From assembly GCF_006345805.1 (NCBI RefSeq), contig NC_043010.1:36146001-36210000 (forward strand): a stretch of 64,000 bases of DNA. The letters are read 5' to 3'. The notes beneath the pieces were generated by a model. It did not search any database and was not told the origin of the DNA. It saw only the letters and a list, made by a program, of their open reading frames with translations. Both the position numbers and the translations under genes were made by a program. Source of the stretch: Octopus sinensis. Its lineage: Eukaryota. Positions 26,932 to 39,466 of the stretch are shown here, one piece after another (positions within the stretch are counted from its first letter, which is position 1; each line of letters begins with the position of its first letter).

Positions 26932-28321
26932 GCATGCATGCAAGTAGGTAATTAGCTATGTTATTTTAACTGAGGTAATTTCAATGCTGCCAAGAAACCG
27001 ATAAATATATAACACACACAAACTAATGGACAACCGACGTAATTTCTATAGTCTTTTCTTTTCGCAGATAAGTGAAAATATATTTAAAAAAGTTTTTTCT
27101 TTCTCTCTTTTAATTTACTAATTAGTGATTAGAGACTGCACGTAAAAATGCTTGTTCATTCAACTGTATACATTCTTTCGTTGGCATCGTTTAGGTTCCC
27201 ACAGTTGGGGAATAACACAGATGTATGTAACTCCAGATGTGTTTGTTATTTCTCCTCGGATTTACTCTGATCAAGCAGATCAACAATTAAGGACCATTTC
27301 ACCCGTAACTGCTCCGTCTTCTAAGGACTGAGTTTAGGACTACAATCTGTGAATTGTTAGATCATCGGATTGAGCTCATTGCTATAATATTCATTCTGGC
27401 AGTCTGGTCTTATGTTCAAATTTCGCCGAGGTCAACTTTGCCTTTCATCGTTTTTATTTAAAAAATTTTTTTTACGGGGTCGATAAAAATAGTGGCCATT
27501 TCAGTTCCGTGGTCGAATCTGCTTTCCATCCCACCTCTATCTTTCCAAAATCGGTTGTGTTCAGACATGGAGCGGGATAGGCCCCAACCGAGTTGAGGAT
27601 ATTCAAGACACGCCGTGTACCCCTGAAGACCGAAAGGGTGAAAGAGCACGTAGTTGTCGCGTAAGTTGTTTCATCTCTAATCCTACAGCTATTTAAATCT
27701 GAAGTTTTTTGTACAGACAACTCAACAGATGCGAACTACTTTATAAAAAATGGCATACATATGATTTACAGATTGTTGTTTAGCTGTAGGTCGTTCCAGC
27801 CGTGACTAGATTGTCCAAAGTTTTCTTAAGAAAGTTAAGGCGTGTAATTTGAATGAGATTTGGATGACATTTCCACGAGCTGCCACGTTGAGACTTTTCA
27901 TTTGATTTCGTGGTATTTTAATGGATCAAACCGTTCTGTGTATTTTTGCTACGGGAATTTTCATTTTCATGAATATTTACAACTGAACTTTCTCAGCAGA
28001 TTTCTTATTAACACGAAGTACACCGGATGTTATTATATGTTTTGTTAAGTTACATTTGACGTCGCAAGCAGGATACATTATATGTTAGGTATTATAATCC
28101 TTACATTTCAGTGATCTACAGGAAATGTATTTAAAATGGAGGTTTATAAGTAGATAGTAGAGATATGACATGGGTGCAGCCGGGCTGGTTTTTAAAATGT
28201 TGCCCGAAATCTCGAAGGTATTTTTATTATCATTGTGAGACGGAAACACGTACACCACACGTACACATACATTGAATGTCTCTGCGTTCTAGCGTGTTGT
28301 TGTCAGTTTATGTATACATAA

Positions 28322-28636
28322 GCGCAGGCGTGGCTGTTGGTACGAAGTTCGCTTGCCAGCTACATGGTTCCGGGTGAGTCCCGCCGCGTGGAACCTTGGA
28401 CAAGTATCTTTTAGTATAGCCCCTGATCGATCTAAGCTTCGTGTGTGGATTTGGTAGACGGAAATTGTCAGGGTCCTGTCGTGTTATGTATGTTTGTTTA
28501 CGCCCTTGTAACTTAGCAGCTTGGATAAAGAGTCCGATAAAATATGTACTGGGGTCGGATTGTTTGATTAAACACTTCAAGGCGGTACCCCAACATGGTC
28601 GTAGTCCAGTGACTGAAGCAAGTAAAAGAAAGATAA
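28322..28636 (+). mobile_element. Family B SINE with a short internal microsatellite
   Basis: Head, CORE-like segment and tail present, diverged. Confidence 0.82.
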
Positions 28637-28942
28637 GAAGAAAATACGCCTTCTTTGACTACGTTTCATGTGGTTTATTGTGTTCTAAGTGTATAATGTT
28701 ATATCATGTTAGATGCTAGAACTTTTTTTTTTAAGAGAGTAGGTAGAGATCACTTGGATGAATTTCTGTGTATTATCAGTGCTTATTTCTTCTGGCACTT
28801 TTGAGTTCAAATCCCACCGAATGACATTTTGCTTTTCATCCATCCAAGTTTGATAAAGTCAAGTACTGGGATCGAATCAATCAACTAACCACTTCCTCCA
28901 TATTGCAGGCCTTGTATAGTTGTTAAGAGAATAAAAAGTGTG

Positions 28943-28981
<39 letters not shown>

Positions 28982-29277
28982 GAGAGAGGGACCAAAGTTA
29001 TGTGGAGGATGCACGGCGGTAGAAGCAAAGGCTAAAGTTGACCAGAGGAACACGATGAGACTATGTATATTTTTGTTTGGCTTTGCCATTAAATACTGTT
29101 GTTTAAGTCAGCTGTTTCAAATATCTTTGGTCACCCGTTTCTGCACCTGTCACTTAAGGCACGCAAACTACTTCGCCGATCCCTATTATAGACACGAGGT
29201 CGGCCTGCCATTCCGAGAGAGAGCACTCACATTGAACTTCAAATGTGATTAGAAGGCTGCTATATATCTCCCTATAA

Positions 29278-29509
29278 GGCGGCGAGCTGGCAGACACGTT
29301 AGCGCGCCGGGCGGAATGCTTAGCGGTATTTCGTCTGTCGTTACGTTCTGAGTTCAAATTCCGCCGAGGTCGACTTTGCCTTTCATCCTTTCGGGGTCGA
29401 TAAATAAAAGTACCAGTTTCGCACTGGGATCGATGTAATCGACTTAATCCCTTTGTCTGTCCTTGTTTGTCCTCTCTATGTTTAGCCCCTTGTGGGCAAT
29501 AAAGAAATA
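29278..29509 (+). mobile_element. Young full-length family A SINE with a 16-bp TSD
   Basis: GGCGGCGAGCTGGCAGA head, GTTCAAATTCC B-box, tail AATAAAGAAATA; TATATATCTCCCTATA duplicated at 29261-29276 and 29510-29525. Confidence 0.95.
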
Positions 29510-30846
29510 TATATATCTCCCTATATAGTTTCGTATCCAGGATTTCGAAGATGACCTGGGGTCAAAACGATCATAGTACAAACTGTATATATGTACCTGG
29601 GGACGAAACGACCATAGTGCAAACTTAATTAAAAATATGAATTTATACACTTGATTTTGTAGTGTGTACTTCATGTGGAAACTATCAACTTTCACTAAGT
29701 CAAATGTGTGTGTGTGTGTGTGTGTGTGTGAAAGCTGGATCTTCTTGAATCTTTACACCGTGTTTTATGTGGGTTATAAATTTTTTTTAGGTGGGAGAGA
29801 TAACCAAAAGTACCGATATTTTCCATAAAACATGGAGAGGTAACCCAATTTTTAATGGTTGTGAGATAACCAAAATGTACCTAGATTTGATAAGTTGTGA
29901 AAAGACCGTTAGAAAATCATCACATAACCAGCTATTCGCTTGTAAGAACATACGATATACCTTTGCAAAACAGTAGAATAAGGTGGCTATTTTTAATGGC
30001 TCCATAATAGCAAACCTATCTTGTTAACGATATATGTCTTTTTAAAGTATTAGTCGATGAAGGTACTCTTTCCAAATACCTGAATAAAAAAAGCTTTTTA
30101 AGGTTTATTGAAAAGCCTTCTAAAATATTTTTTCGCAACATAGGTATACCCTTTGAGACTTCACCTCATTATCCAAATATATTTAGAGGTTGAAGGATGA
30201 TAATATTAGCAATTATAAAATCGATCGGCCTTTTATAGTATGGCATGCGCTGCTACATTAATAGCCCAGAAAAAGTTTCCGTGAAGTATATCTAATTACT
30301 GCCCTTTTCAATTTTGCACAAAAGATCGGAATTTGTGGACCGTTGCAGACACTTTCATATTTATTCTGGAGTTTCTGAATGTAATCCAGTTAAAACAGTT
30401 TATTTCCACGCATAATGGATTTACTGTTTTCTGAAAGATGGTCACAAAAAGAGGAAAAAAAAGAAAAGGTTATTCAACAATTCTAGAGCTTCTTATCGAA
30501 TAACCACCTGTCTTCACGCACAGCGCATTGATGACCTGAGAATATCACGTTTTTGCAGATGAATAAATAAATAGATCATATGTTTTAACAGTCGACAATT
30601 TAGATGAATGACCCACTTTCAACTTCCTTTGTTTTTCTTTTTATTTTTGGCAAGCAATCATATCTTGATGACTAATCATATAGCCAGGTGTTTGCGAATA
30701 CTCTTGCTCCTGTGTTGGATCTGATTTACGTTTTTAGTCATTTGAATATTCGCTAGCATGAAACTAAGAAGAAAAGGAGAGTCTGTTTATATATGAAATC
30801 TGTATTCAATACGTTTTCCCTTGGTAAGACACGTTTACCCATCCGT

Positions 30847-30881
<35 letters not shown>

Positions 30882-31909
30882 GTACGCAGTATACTCTTCC
30901 CTTAAGGAAAGATTAAAAAAAATACTCCATTCACCTAGAGATAAATATTTAATGCACGCTGTTAAAGTAAGAGCTGCAAATAGTTTCTTGTTATGGCACG
31001 TGGTTAGGCAGGTTTTTATAACGTAGCAAGTAGTCTTCGGGCTCTGTGTCTTAATGACTAGAAACCATTAGTAACTCTTACATTAACACAGTGTGCATTA
31101 AATGATTATATAAAACACACGCATACACTCACATATACACACACCTTAGAACAAACCATCTGGTGCTTGCATAGGGAAAATTACGTAACTCACCATAGAG
31201 CATATGAATTAATTCTATTATAAATCCATTCTCGCCTTTTGTGTAACGGTTTAGGCGTTAATGTTAATTATGTGTTTATTCCGTCTGTAAGTGGGTTTGG
31301 TGTTCAACTAATAAGTCTTGGTTTTGTTTCTCTTACACACGTCTTACATTATTATTATTATTATACTTTAATTATTATTATTAATATAATACTTCGGTTG
31401 TTCACATGCTGAGGAACTGCTATTGATAGATGTATAAACCTATTAAAAAAAAAAACAGATGGGAATGATTATTTCTAATGTTTTCAATTAAGTAATCGTA
31501 GTAGAGATAACTATGACGATTAGGAATGAAAATGTTTGGGGTTTGCTAACATCATTCTTTGGCCTCACTCCCGAAGGTTGTTGGTTATTGTAACAGTCCA
31601 CCCGTTAAGTCTTCGTCGGCTGACTTACTTCGTAGAAAAAGAAAACGCGTGGAGTGGCTTCAAGAAATAAGAGTAATTAGCAGTTTAATTATAAATAAAT
31701 ATGACCGCATATTCAATATGAAGTTTGGTAGTTATTTTTTACTGTCGTGGCTAAGGCCATGCTGGAGCATCGCATGGGCCTAATGAACTGACATTTCTCG
31801 GTGGTATTAATGTTATTCAGCGGCGCTAGAGTGAGCAATAATTTTGAAAAGTGCTCAAGTAATACAGTAGGTGAAAGGTGTGTCCCGTAGTGTAAGCTGT
31901 ATGTAAAAT

Positions 31910-32090
31910 AATATTAAAAATAGCTTTCTGATTTTAGGCACACTGATCTCAGAACTTGGATTTGATTTTATCAAACCCCAAAATGATGAAGGGCAAAGTT
32001 GATCGCGATGGGATTTGAACGCCGAATGTAAAGAGCAGGAATAGATGCCGCAAAACATTTTCCCTCCGTCCCCCACGCTTTAATAATTCT
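31910..32090 (-). mobile_element. Family A SINE, degenerate
   Basis: Core and head remnants on the minus strand. Confidence 0.7.
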
Positions 32091-34080
32091 GGCACACGCA
32101 CGCTTTCTTTGTAGGCTCTCATGAATTGAGTCACTAAGAGGCTCTTAAGCCCTGAATAACTAACACATTTTTTAGCATCTCATTGAACTAGTTTTGTCTT
32201 TTCTTCATCTCATAATTATTCGCGTAATTGGATTTTTCACGTTTTCTGTATAAACTGCGTTAGAATTAACTATTATTTTTCATACGAATATCGCCTCGGA
32301 ATAATTAACCTGAGTGTCCTTTCCTCACTCTATAATTATTTATAATACTTAATTCGATTGTTGATGCTCTCACTAACTAACTACATTGAATATGTTATCA
32401 ATGATATTTGACAAAGCTTTAGATTTAATGATATTGCTTTTGTTTTTCATCTATACCTGAAAAGGGAGCGAGGAAAGTGCACAGGCGATTAAATCAGATC
32501 TTTTCGATAATTATTGCGACCCTGGCAAAGTTTCAACTCAAATGGCGAGGCAATCCCACCCCTGATATCTTAAATCTCACGAACCAGAAACCCAGACGCT
32601 CTAGAAATAAATATGTTGTGCATAGTTTCGAGACAATGAAACAGGTTTACAATTATTATTAAATGGGAATAGTAATCGCCATAGTATTGGATTACCAGTT
32701 CACTTGGTCATTAAATTAAATCCACAGAGGGCATTTTGTTGTACTGAACTCTATGACCTTCATTAATATCGTCATTGTTCTTGAACCCCTAGGACAAAAT
32801 CTTGATAGAAGCTTTGTAATTTGGTCTACCCTATGTGAAATTTCCTTTTTTTTGTTTTTGTTTACCGAGAGTTGACTACAATTTCTAGCAGTCGGGAGGC
32901 CCTGTAGATTCTCCTCGTTGTTGTTTAGTTTCTAGGTTAGTGCTGGTTAGACAGAAAACCAATAATCAAAGATGCGTGGCAGTCAGCTTATTCATTTTTC
33001 AGGCACAGTGTATCTAATACGTTATTCAATGTTTTCCCCCCGCTTTTTAAAAGCTGGTAGGATGTGTAAATTCAAGAAGATTTGGTTGCTATTTTTAACA
33101 GATCGAGTTACCACGTAGAGATAGACTTTTCGTTGTTGTTGTTGTAGGGTATGGTGATAAATTTACAAGTACCAGGCATGTGATGTCGCTTTTTCTTAAC
33201 TGAAACCTGAAATTTGTGGCCTTGTGCCAACGCAAGACATTATTAACGCCATCGTCAGCAGCAGCAACAGTAACACGTCATTCAGAAATTATTGTATTTC
33301 AATAATTTAGCTTAGAGATGAGCTGATCGCCGTTTTTGTATTTTAATCTTATTATATTGTATTTTGTTGTTAGTTGCCAATGTCTTTATACGAAGCTTAC
33401 ATACTACACTATCGTACTACACTTTATTTACTATTTGTGTGGTATGCTATTACTATTATACCGCAGTCCGCTCATACAATCCGCACTACATGGTGTTATT
33501 GCTTCGGTAATACGTATTCTAAAATTACATGCCATTAAACACCTCAATAGCTCAAGGCTGTCACAATTCAATATCACACACACACACACACACACACACA
33601 CGAGAAGTTTCTAAGCAGCAAACACCAACAGATCTACTAATTATCCTAATTCTACATTGTGCCATATGGGAGGAGCGAACTCTCTTACAAATGGAAAAGT
33701 ACAGACCAAGTATTAGAAATGCTGGAATAACGTAATAGCGTTGTGGTTACTATAGCATTGACTAAACTAAGCAGCATCTGAGACGTGGAAAATAACGAAA
33801 GCAGTCAAAGTACTGCACTACAATGCGACACACACGCACACACGTAACTTTCTACGGATCTATAGTCATTACTACAAACAAGTCCACTAGCGTTATCGTA
33901 CAAAAACTGCCGTATGGTATTTAGTTGCGTCCCCTTCACGTTTCGAGTTCGAATCCCAGCCGAGTTTCACTTCTCCTTTTGAGCGTCGATTAAAAAAAAA
34001 AATACCAATCAAACACTATCATCTTCCCCCCTTCCTCGCAAAATATGTGACCTTGTAACTAATAGAAATCGTTGTCTTTT

Positions 34081-34298
34081 TATCTTTTACTTGTTTCAGT
34101 CATTTGACTGCGGCCATGCTGGAGCACCGCCTTTAGTCGAGCAAATCGACCCCGGGACTTATTCTTTGTAAGCCCAGTACTTATTCTATCGGTCTCTTTT
34201 GCCGAACCGCTAAGTGACGGGGACGTAAACACACCAGCATCGGTTGTCAAGCAATGCTAGGGGGACAAACACAGACACACAAACACACACACATACAC

Positions 34299-34347
<49 letters not shown>

Positions 34348-34400
34348 GACAGGCTTCTTTCAGTTTCCGTCTACCAAATTCACTCACAAGGCATTGGTCG
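34081..34400 (-). mobile_element. Family B SINE lacking the head
   Basis: Near-consensus tail and internal (TA)n; truncated at GGCATTGGTCG. Confidence 0.9.
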
Positions 34401-34415
34401 AACTAATATTAATAA

Positions 34416-34582
34416 TAAAAAAAATCAAATTCCGCCGAGGTCGACTTTGCCTTTCATCCTTTCGGGGTCGATAAATTAAGTACCAGTTACGCACTGGTAT
34501 CGATGTAATCGATTTAATCCCTTTGTCTGTCCTTGTTTGTCCCCTCTATGTTTAGTCCCTTGTGGGTAATAAAGAAATCTAT
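34416..34582 (+). mobile_element. 5'-truncated family A SINE with a 15-bp TSD
   Basis: AACTAATATTAATAA at 34401-34415 and 34583-34597 flanks the core plus tail. Confidence 0.9.
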
Positions 34583-34603
34583 AACTAATATTAATAAAAA
34601 TAG

Positions 34604-34637
<34 letters not shown>

Positions 34638-35418
34638 TTTTTTAGTGTAAATACCCCAAGCTCCGGTCTCAACGGGACGTAGCTAAATATTATTTTCAGG
34701 AGCCACAAGCGTTTCTGTTATACGAAATGACTTTTTTTTCTTATCTTTGTTCGTAGCTGAACCAATGATTTCTTAGTTTCTAGATCACCAAATGTCATCG
34801 CATATTCATGCGTTGCTTGGCGTTAGTTACTATCAGTACTTGGAATATGTGGTCGAATGCTGGATTAAAAATTATATTCCTTGTATATTAATTAACTGGT
34901 TGTGTGTCTCCTTTACGCCCTTAGTTGCAATTCCGCTGGGATAGCGTTTTTTGTTTTTTTAATCTTTTGAGTGTTGAACAGTTTATATAATGTTCATATA
35001 ACAATGCTTGTCATATACCGAGGTGACGGTAGTTGTTTTCGTTTAGGCCCGAGTCAGCCCAGTTCTATGTCGAGGCGTGCCAGTCACGACCAACCCGAGC
35101 ATTTGTATATTTGAGACTTCATTGTCCAGTATGTGGAAATTTGGTTGCTATTTCAAGCAAGTTTAGCGACCATATAGAGGCTCTCGTTGACCTGAGACAA
35201 TAATTGTACGTATATATATATATATATATTATATAAAAGGGCTTAGTAAAATAAATTACTTTGCCGCATACTGAACTCATTAGAAATAGCAGCCAAAAAA
35301 CTTTTTTAAAGCTATTTCTAATACTTAAAGAAAATCTCTCTCATATATAGTGTTTGCTTAATTCAACTCACAAAAGTTTGGGGGTAAGGACATCGAAAAA
35401 TCAAATGCTAAGGTTATT

Positions 35419-35470
35419 TGAGAACGTACGTTTCAAGATTAGTCAAAACAACATTTCTATCATCAGCTCA
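35419..35470 (-). ncRNA. Minimal type I hammerhead ribozyme motif (array unit 1)
   Basis: TGAG-CTGATGA-[25 nt]-GAAAC-GTAC-GTT^CTCA; stem I TGAG/CTCA; palindromic stem III AACGTACGTT. Confidence 0.75.
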
Positions 35471-35962
35471 GAAATTCCTTGGTTTGGATTTGGAAACACT
35501 GAAAATAAGAACATACCCTTTCGAAGATCTGCTCGTAACTAACAGTGCCAACAAATTCAAATAAGCAAGCGAATAATCTCTGTTCTCCCCTTTCCACCAG
35601 CGTGGGTTAAAATCATCAAACACTATGCTTATTTCGGTAAAATCCGAAGCATTAATCAGAGGGAGATTAATTATAATTTCAACAATTGAGGGCAAAATTA
35701 ATTAATTATTAATCAATTTCACCAAGTGTTCAGTATGCAAAGGGACCATTCAAGGCGAATTCAAATTATTACATTATATAAAAGGGCTTAGTAAAATAAA
35801 TTACTTTGCCGCATACTGAACTCATTAGAAATAGCAGCCAAAAAACTTTTTTAAAGCTATTTCTAATACTTAAGAAAATCTCTCTCATATATAGTGTTTG
35901 CTTAATTCAACTCACAAAAGTTTGGGGGTAAGGACATCGAAAAATCAAATGCTAAGGTTATT

Positions 35963-36014
35963 TGAGAACGTACGTTTCAAGATTAGTCAAAACAACATTT
36001 CTATCATCAGCTCA
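35963..36014 (-). ncRNA. Minimal type I hammerhead ribozyme motif (array unit 2)
   Basis: Identical motif to unit 1. Confidence 0.75.
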
Positions 36015-36990
36015 GAATTCCTTGGTTTGGATTTGGAAACACTGAAAATAAGAACATACCCTTTCGAAGATCTGCTCGTAACTAACAGTGCCAACAATTC
36101 AAATAAGCAAGCGAATAATCTCTGTTCTCTTCTCCCCTTCCACCACCAGCGTGGGTTAAAATCATCAAACACTATGCTTATTTCGGTAAGATCCGAAGCA
36201 TTAATCAGAGGGAGATTAATTATAATTTCAACAATTGAGGGCAAAATTAATTAATTATTAATCAATTTCACCAAGTGTTCAGTATGCAAAGGGACCATTC
36301 AAGGCGAATTCAAATTATTACATTATATAAAAGGGCTTAGTAAAATAAATTACTTTGCCGCATACTGAACTCATTAGAAATAGCAGCCAAAAAACTTTTT
36401 TAAAGCTATTTCTAATACTTAAAGAAAATCTCTCTCATATATAGTGTTTGCTTAATTCAACTCACAAAAGTTTGGGGGTAAGGACATCGAAAAATCGAAA
36501 AATCGAAAAATCATCGATTTTTCGATGTCCTTACCCCCAAACTTTTGTGAGTTGAATTAAGCAAACACTATATATGAGAGAGATTTTCTTTAAGTATTAG
36601 AAATAGCTTTAAAAAAGTTTTTTGGCTGCTATTTCTAATGAGTTCAGTATGCGGCAAAGTAATTTATTTTACTAAGCCCTTTTATATAATGTAATAATTT
36701 GAATTCGCCTTGAATGGTCCCTTTGCATACTGAACACTTGGTGAAATTGATTAATAATTAATTAATTTTGCCCTCAATTGTTGAAATTATAATTAATCTC
36801 CCTCTGATTAATGCTTCGGATTTTACCGAAATAAGCATAGTGTTTGATGATTTAACCACGCTGGTGGAAAGGGGAGAACAGAGATTATTCGCTTGCTTAT
36901 TTGAATTTGTTGGCACTGTTAGTTACGAGCAGATCTTCGAAAGGGTATGTTCTTATTTTCAGTGTTTCCAAATCCAAACCAAGGAATTTC

Positions 36991-37042
36991 TGAGCTGATG
37001 ATAGAAATGTTGTTTTGACTAATCTTGAAACGTACGTTCTCA
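36991..37042 (+). ncRNA. Minimal type I hammerhead ribozyme motif (right arm unit 1)
   Basis: Identical motif; predicted cleavage after 37038. Confidence 0.75.
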
Positions 37043-37533
37043 AATAACCTTAGCATTTGATTTTTCGATGTCCTTACCCCCAAACTTTTGTGAGTTGAAT
37101 TAAGCAAACACTATATATGAGAGAGATTTTCTTTAAGTATTAGAAATAGCTTTAAAAAAGTTTTTTGGCTGCTATTTCTAATGAGTTCAGTATGCGGCAA
37201 AGTAATTTATTTTACTAAGCCCTTTTATATAATGTAATAATTTGAATTCGCCTTGAATGGTCCCTTTGCATACTGAACACTTGGTGAATTGATTAATAAT
37301 TAATTATTTTGCCCTCAATTGTTGAAATTATAATTAATCTCCCTCTGATTAATGCTTCGGATTTTACCGAAATAAGCATAGTGTTTGATGATTTTAACCC
37401 ACGCTGGTGGAAAGGGGAGAACAGAGATTATTCGCTTGCTTATTTGAATTTGTTGGCACTGTTAGTTACGAGCAGATCTTCGAAAGGGTATGTTCTTATT
37501 TTCAGTGTTTCCAAATCCAAACCAAGGAATTTC

Positions 37534-37585
37534 TGAGCTGATGATAGAAATGTTGTTTTGACTAATCTTGAAACGTACGTTCTCA
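37534..37585 (+). ncRNA. Minimal type I hammerhead ribozyme motif (right arm unit 2)
   Basis: Identical motif; predicted cleavage after 37581, 543 nt from the previous site. Confidence 0.75.
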
Positions 37586-37869
37586 AATAACCTTAGCATT
37601 TGATTTTTCGATGTCCTTACCCCCAAACTTTTGTGAGTTGAATTAAGCAAACACTATATATGAGAGAGATTTTCTTTAAGTATTAGAAATAGCTTTAAAA
37701 AAGTTTTTTGGCTGCTATTTCTAATGAGTTCAGTATGCGGCAAAGTAATTTATTTTACTAAGCCCTTTTATATAATGTAATAATTTGAATTCGCCTTGAA
37801 TGGTCCCTTTGCATACTGAACACTTGGTGAAATTGATTAATAATTAATTAATTTTGCCCTCAATTGTTG

Positions 37870-37906
<37 letters not shown>

Positions 37907-38366
37907 CATACATCGCGCAATGTGACTGACAGCTGGCTACATAGATGGATTACTGGCTGATACACAAGTCGAACTCTCAACAAATTGTTCCGATTTTCTT
38001 TCAGTGGCGAAATGCTGCTGTCTCTTTAACTATTAATACAACCACCTACTCCAAATAGCGGTGGTATATTCACAGTTGCCATGATGATGTACTAACCACA
38101 GATCGGTGTTGTAAAGCAGCGATGAGTACTGAATAAACTAACTGTAGAAGTGTTCCGTTTGGGGACTTTGTTTTTTCTTCCTAATTTACGTTTCAGTATT
38201 TCTCTTAAAAGATGAGTCATTTTGATTATTAAATCAGAATGCATTGATCAAATCAACTGATGCTACTGTTGCAGCTGTTGCGACATTATCATTTAATATC
38301 ATTGCTTTTACAAGTGACGTTTTGTATATATTTGCAACGTCATTGACAAGTGGTTTGCTTGTTCCT

Positions 38367-38587
38367 TACTCTTTTTACTCTCTCTTTTACTTGTTTCAGT
38401 CATTTGACTGCGGCCATGCTGGAGCACCGCCTTTAGTCGATCAAAGCGACCCCGGGACTTATTCTTTGTAAGCCCAGTACTTATTCTATCGGTCTCTTTT
38501 GCCGAACCGCTAAGTAACGGGGACGTAAACACACCAGCATCGGTTGTCAAGCAATGCTAGGGGGACAAACACAGACACCCACCCACC

Positions 38588-38620
<33 letters not shown>

Positions 38621-38794
38621 CTACATATATACGACAGGCTTCTTTCAGTTTCCGTCTACCAAATCCACTCACAAGGCATTGGTCGGCCCGGGGCTATAGC
38701 AGAAGATACTTGCCCAAGATGCCACGCAGTGGGACTGAACCCAGAACCATGTGGTTGGTTAGCAAGCTACTTACCACAGAGCCACTCCTGCGCC
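38367..38794 (-). mobile_element. Young full-length family B SINE
   Basis: Complete head, CORE-like segment, (TA)/(TG) tract and tail; nearly identical to 34081-34400 and 54500-54904. Confidence 0.93.
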
Positions 38795-39424
38795 TTCTTT
38801 CTTTCTTTCTTTCTTTCGGTACTTTTTCAAAGTCAAATGACAACTGGCGTTTGTTTTTAAGCAAACGGCGTTTGTTTGTTATGTTGGAGCAGTAGCGGAA
38901 CCAATGAAATGGCGGACGAAATGCCCCCCCCCCTCCAACCATCCCCTTCTCACTCCTTTTTTTTAACATTCTGAGTTCTAGTTCCGTTGAGGTTTCAGTT
39001 TTCCCCTCTTTTCATTCTTCTGGAGTTGCTGAAATGAAGCATTAACCAAGAAAGAACTAGGGGCGATTTGACTGACTGTTTCCACTGCACAGAATCTGAA
39101 GCTTCGTGCCGATGTTGGAAACCAATATTGTCGACAAACGTTCCCTGTTTTATATAGCGACCCCACAACGAAACGGTGCTGGTCTTCTTGCAATGGTGAC
39201 CACAAGAAACGCTCTTTTCTTTCGAGTTTTTTTTCTTTTTTTTGGCAACGTCATCGACAGGCGATGTTTTCTTTTATTAACGCCAACAAGTAGCGTTGTT
39301 TTTTGCAACGTCACAGTTACGAGGAGTTATTCACGACAAGTGGAATCACTTCAAAAAATGGAACTATAGCTACTAGTTACTATAACAACGGTTGTATTTA
39401 ATGTTTGCTTATATAACAACTTGC

Positions 39425-39466
<42 letters not shown>

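Larger units (their letters stand above)
35228..37873. mobile_element. Fold-back (inverted) array of ~543-bp tandem units, each with a hammerhead motif; retrozyme/Penelope-like non-autonomous element in (TA)n
   Basis: Left arm 35228-36496 (~2.3 units) is the reverse complement of right arm 36516-37873 (~2.5 units); both outer ends abut (TA)n. The repeat structure is certain; the retrozyme/PLE label is inference. Confidence 0.85.

Noticed and set aside
27619-27662. Hammerhead-like CTGAAGA-CCGAAAGGGT-GAAAG
   Set aside because: Stem II register is off by one, and neither stem III nor stem I can be formed.
29278-29365. tRNA gene
   Set aside because: A/B boxes are present, but there is no acceptor-stem closure and the sequence continues into a SINE body with a TSD; the same applies to the other SINE heads.
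29990-30450. Possible pogo DDE_1 remnant on the minus strand (…IIILQPLNIFG…)
   Set aside because: Only a weak single-motif resemblance with many stops, and no TIRs located.
36497-36515. Missed sequencing adapter as the cause of the palindrome
   Set aside because: The spacer consists only of unit-derived GAAAAATC repeats plus ATC, and the two outer flanks are different unique sequences. Other assembly artefacts are not excluded.
35354-37650. Repeated short ORFs in the array (MLNSTHKSLG..., MPSIVEIIIN...)
   Set aside because: They are 62-118 aa with no RT, GIY-YIG or other recognisable motif, and frames differ between copies because of indels.
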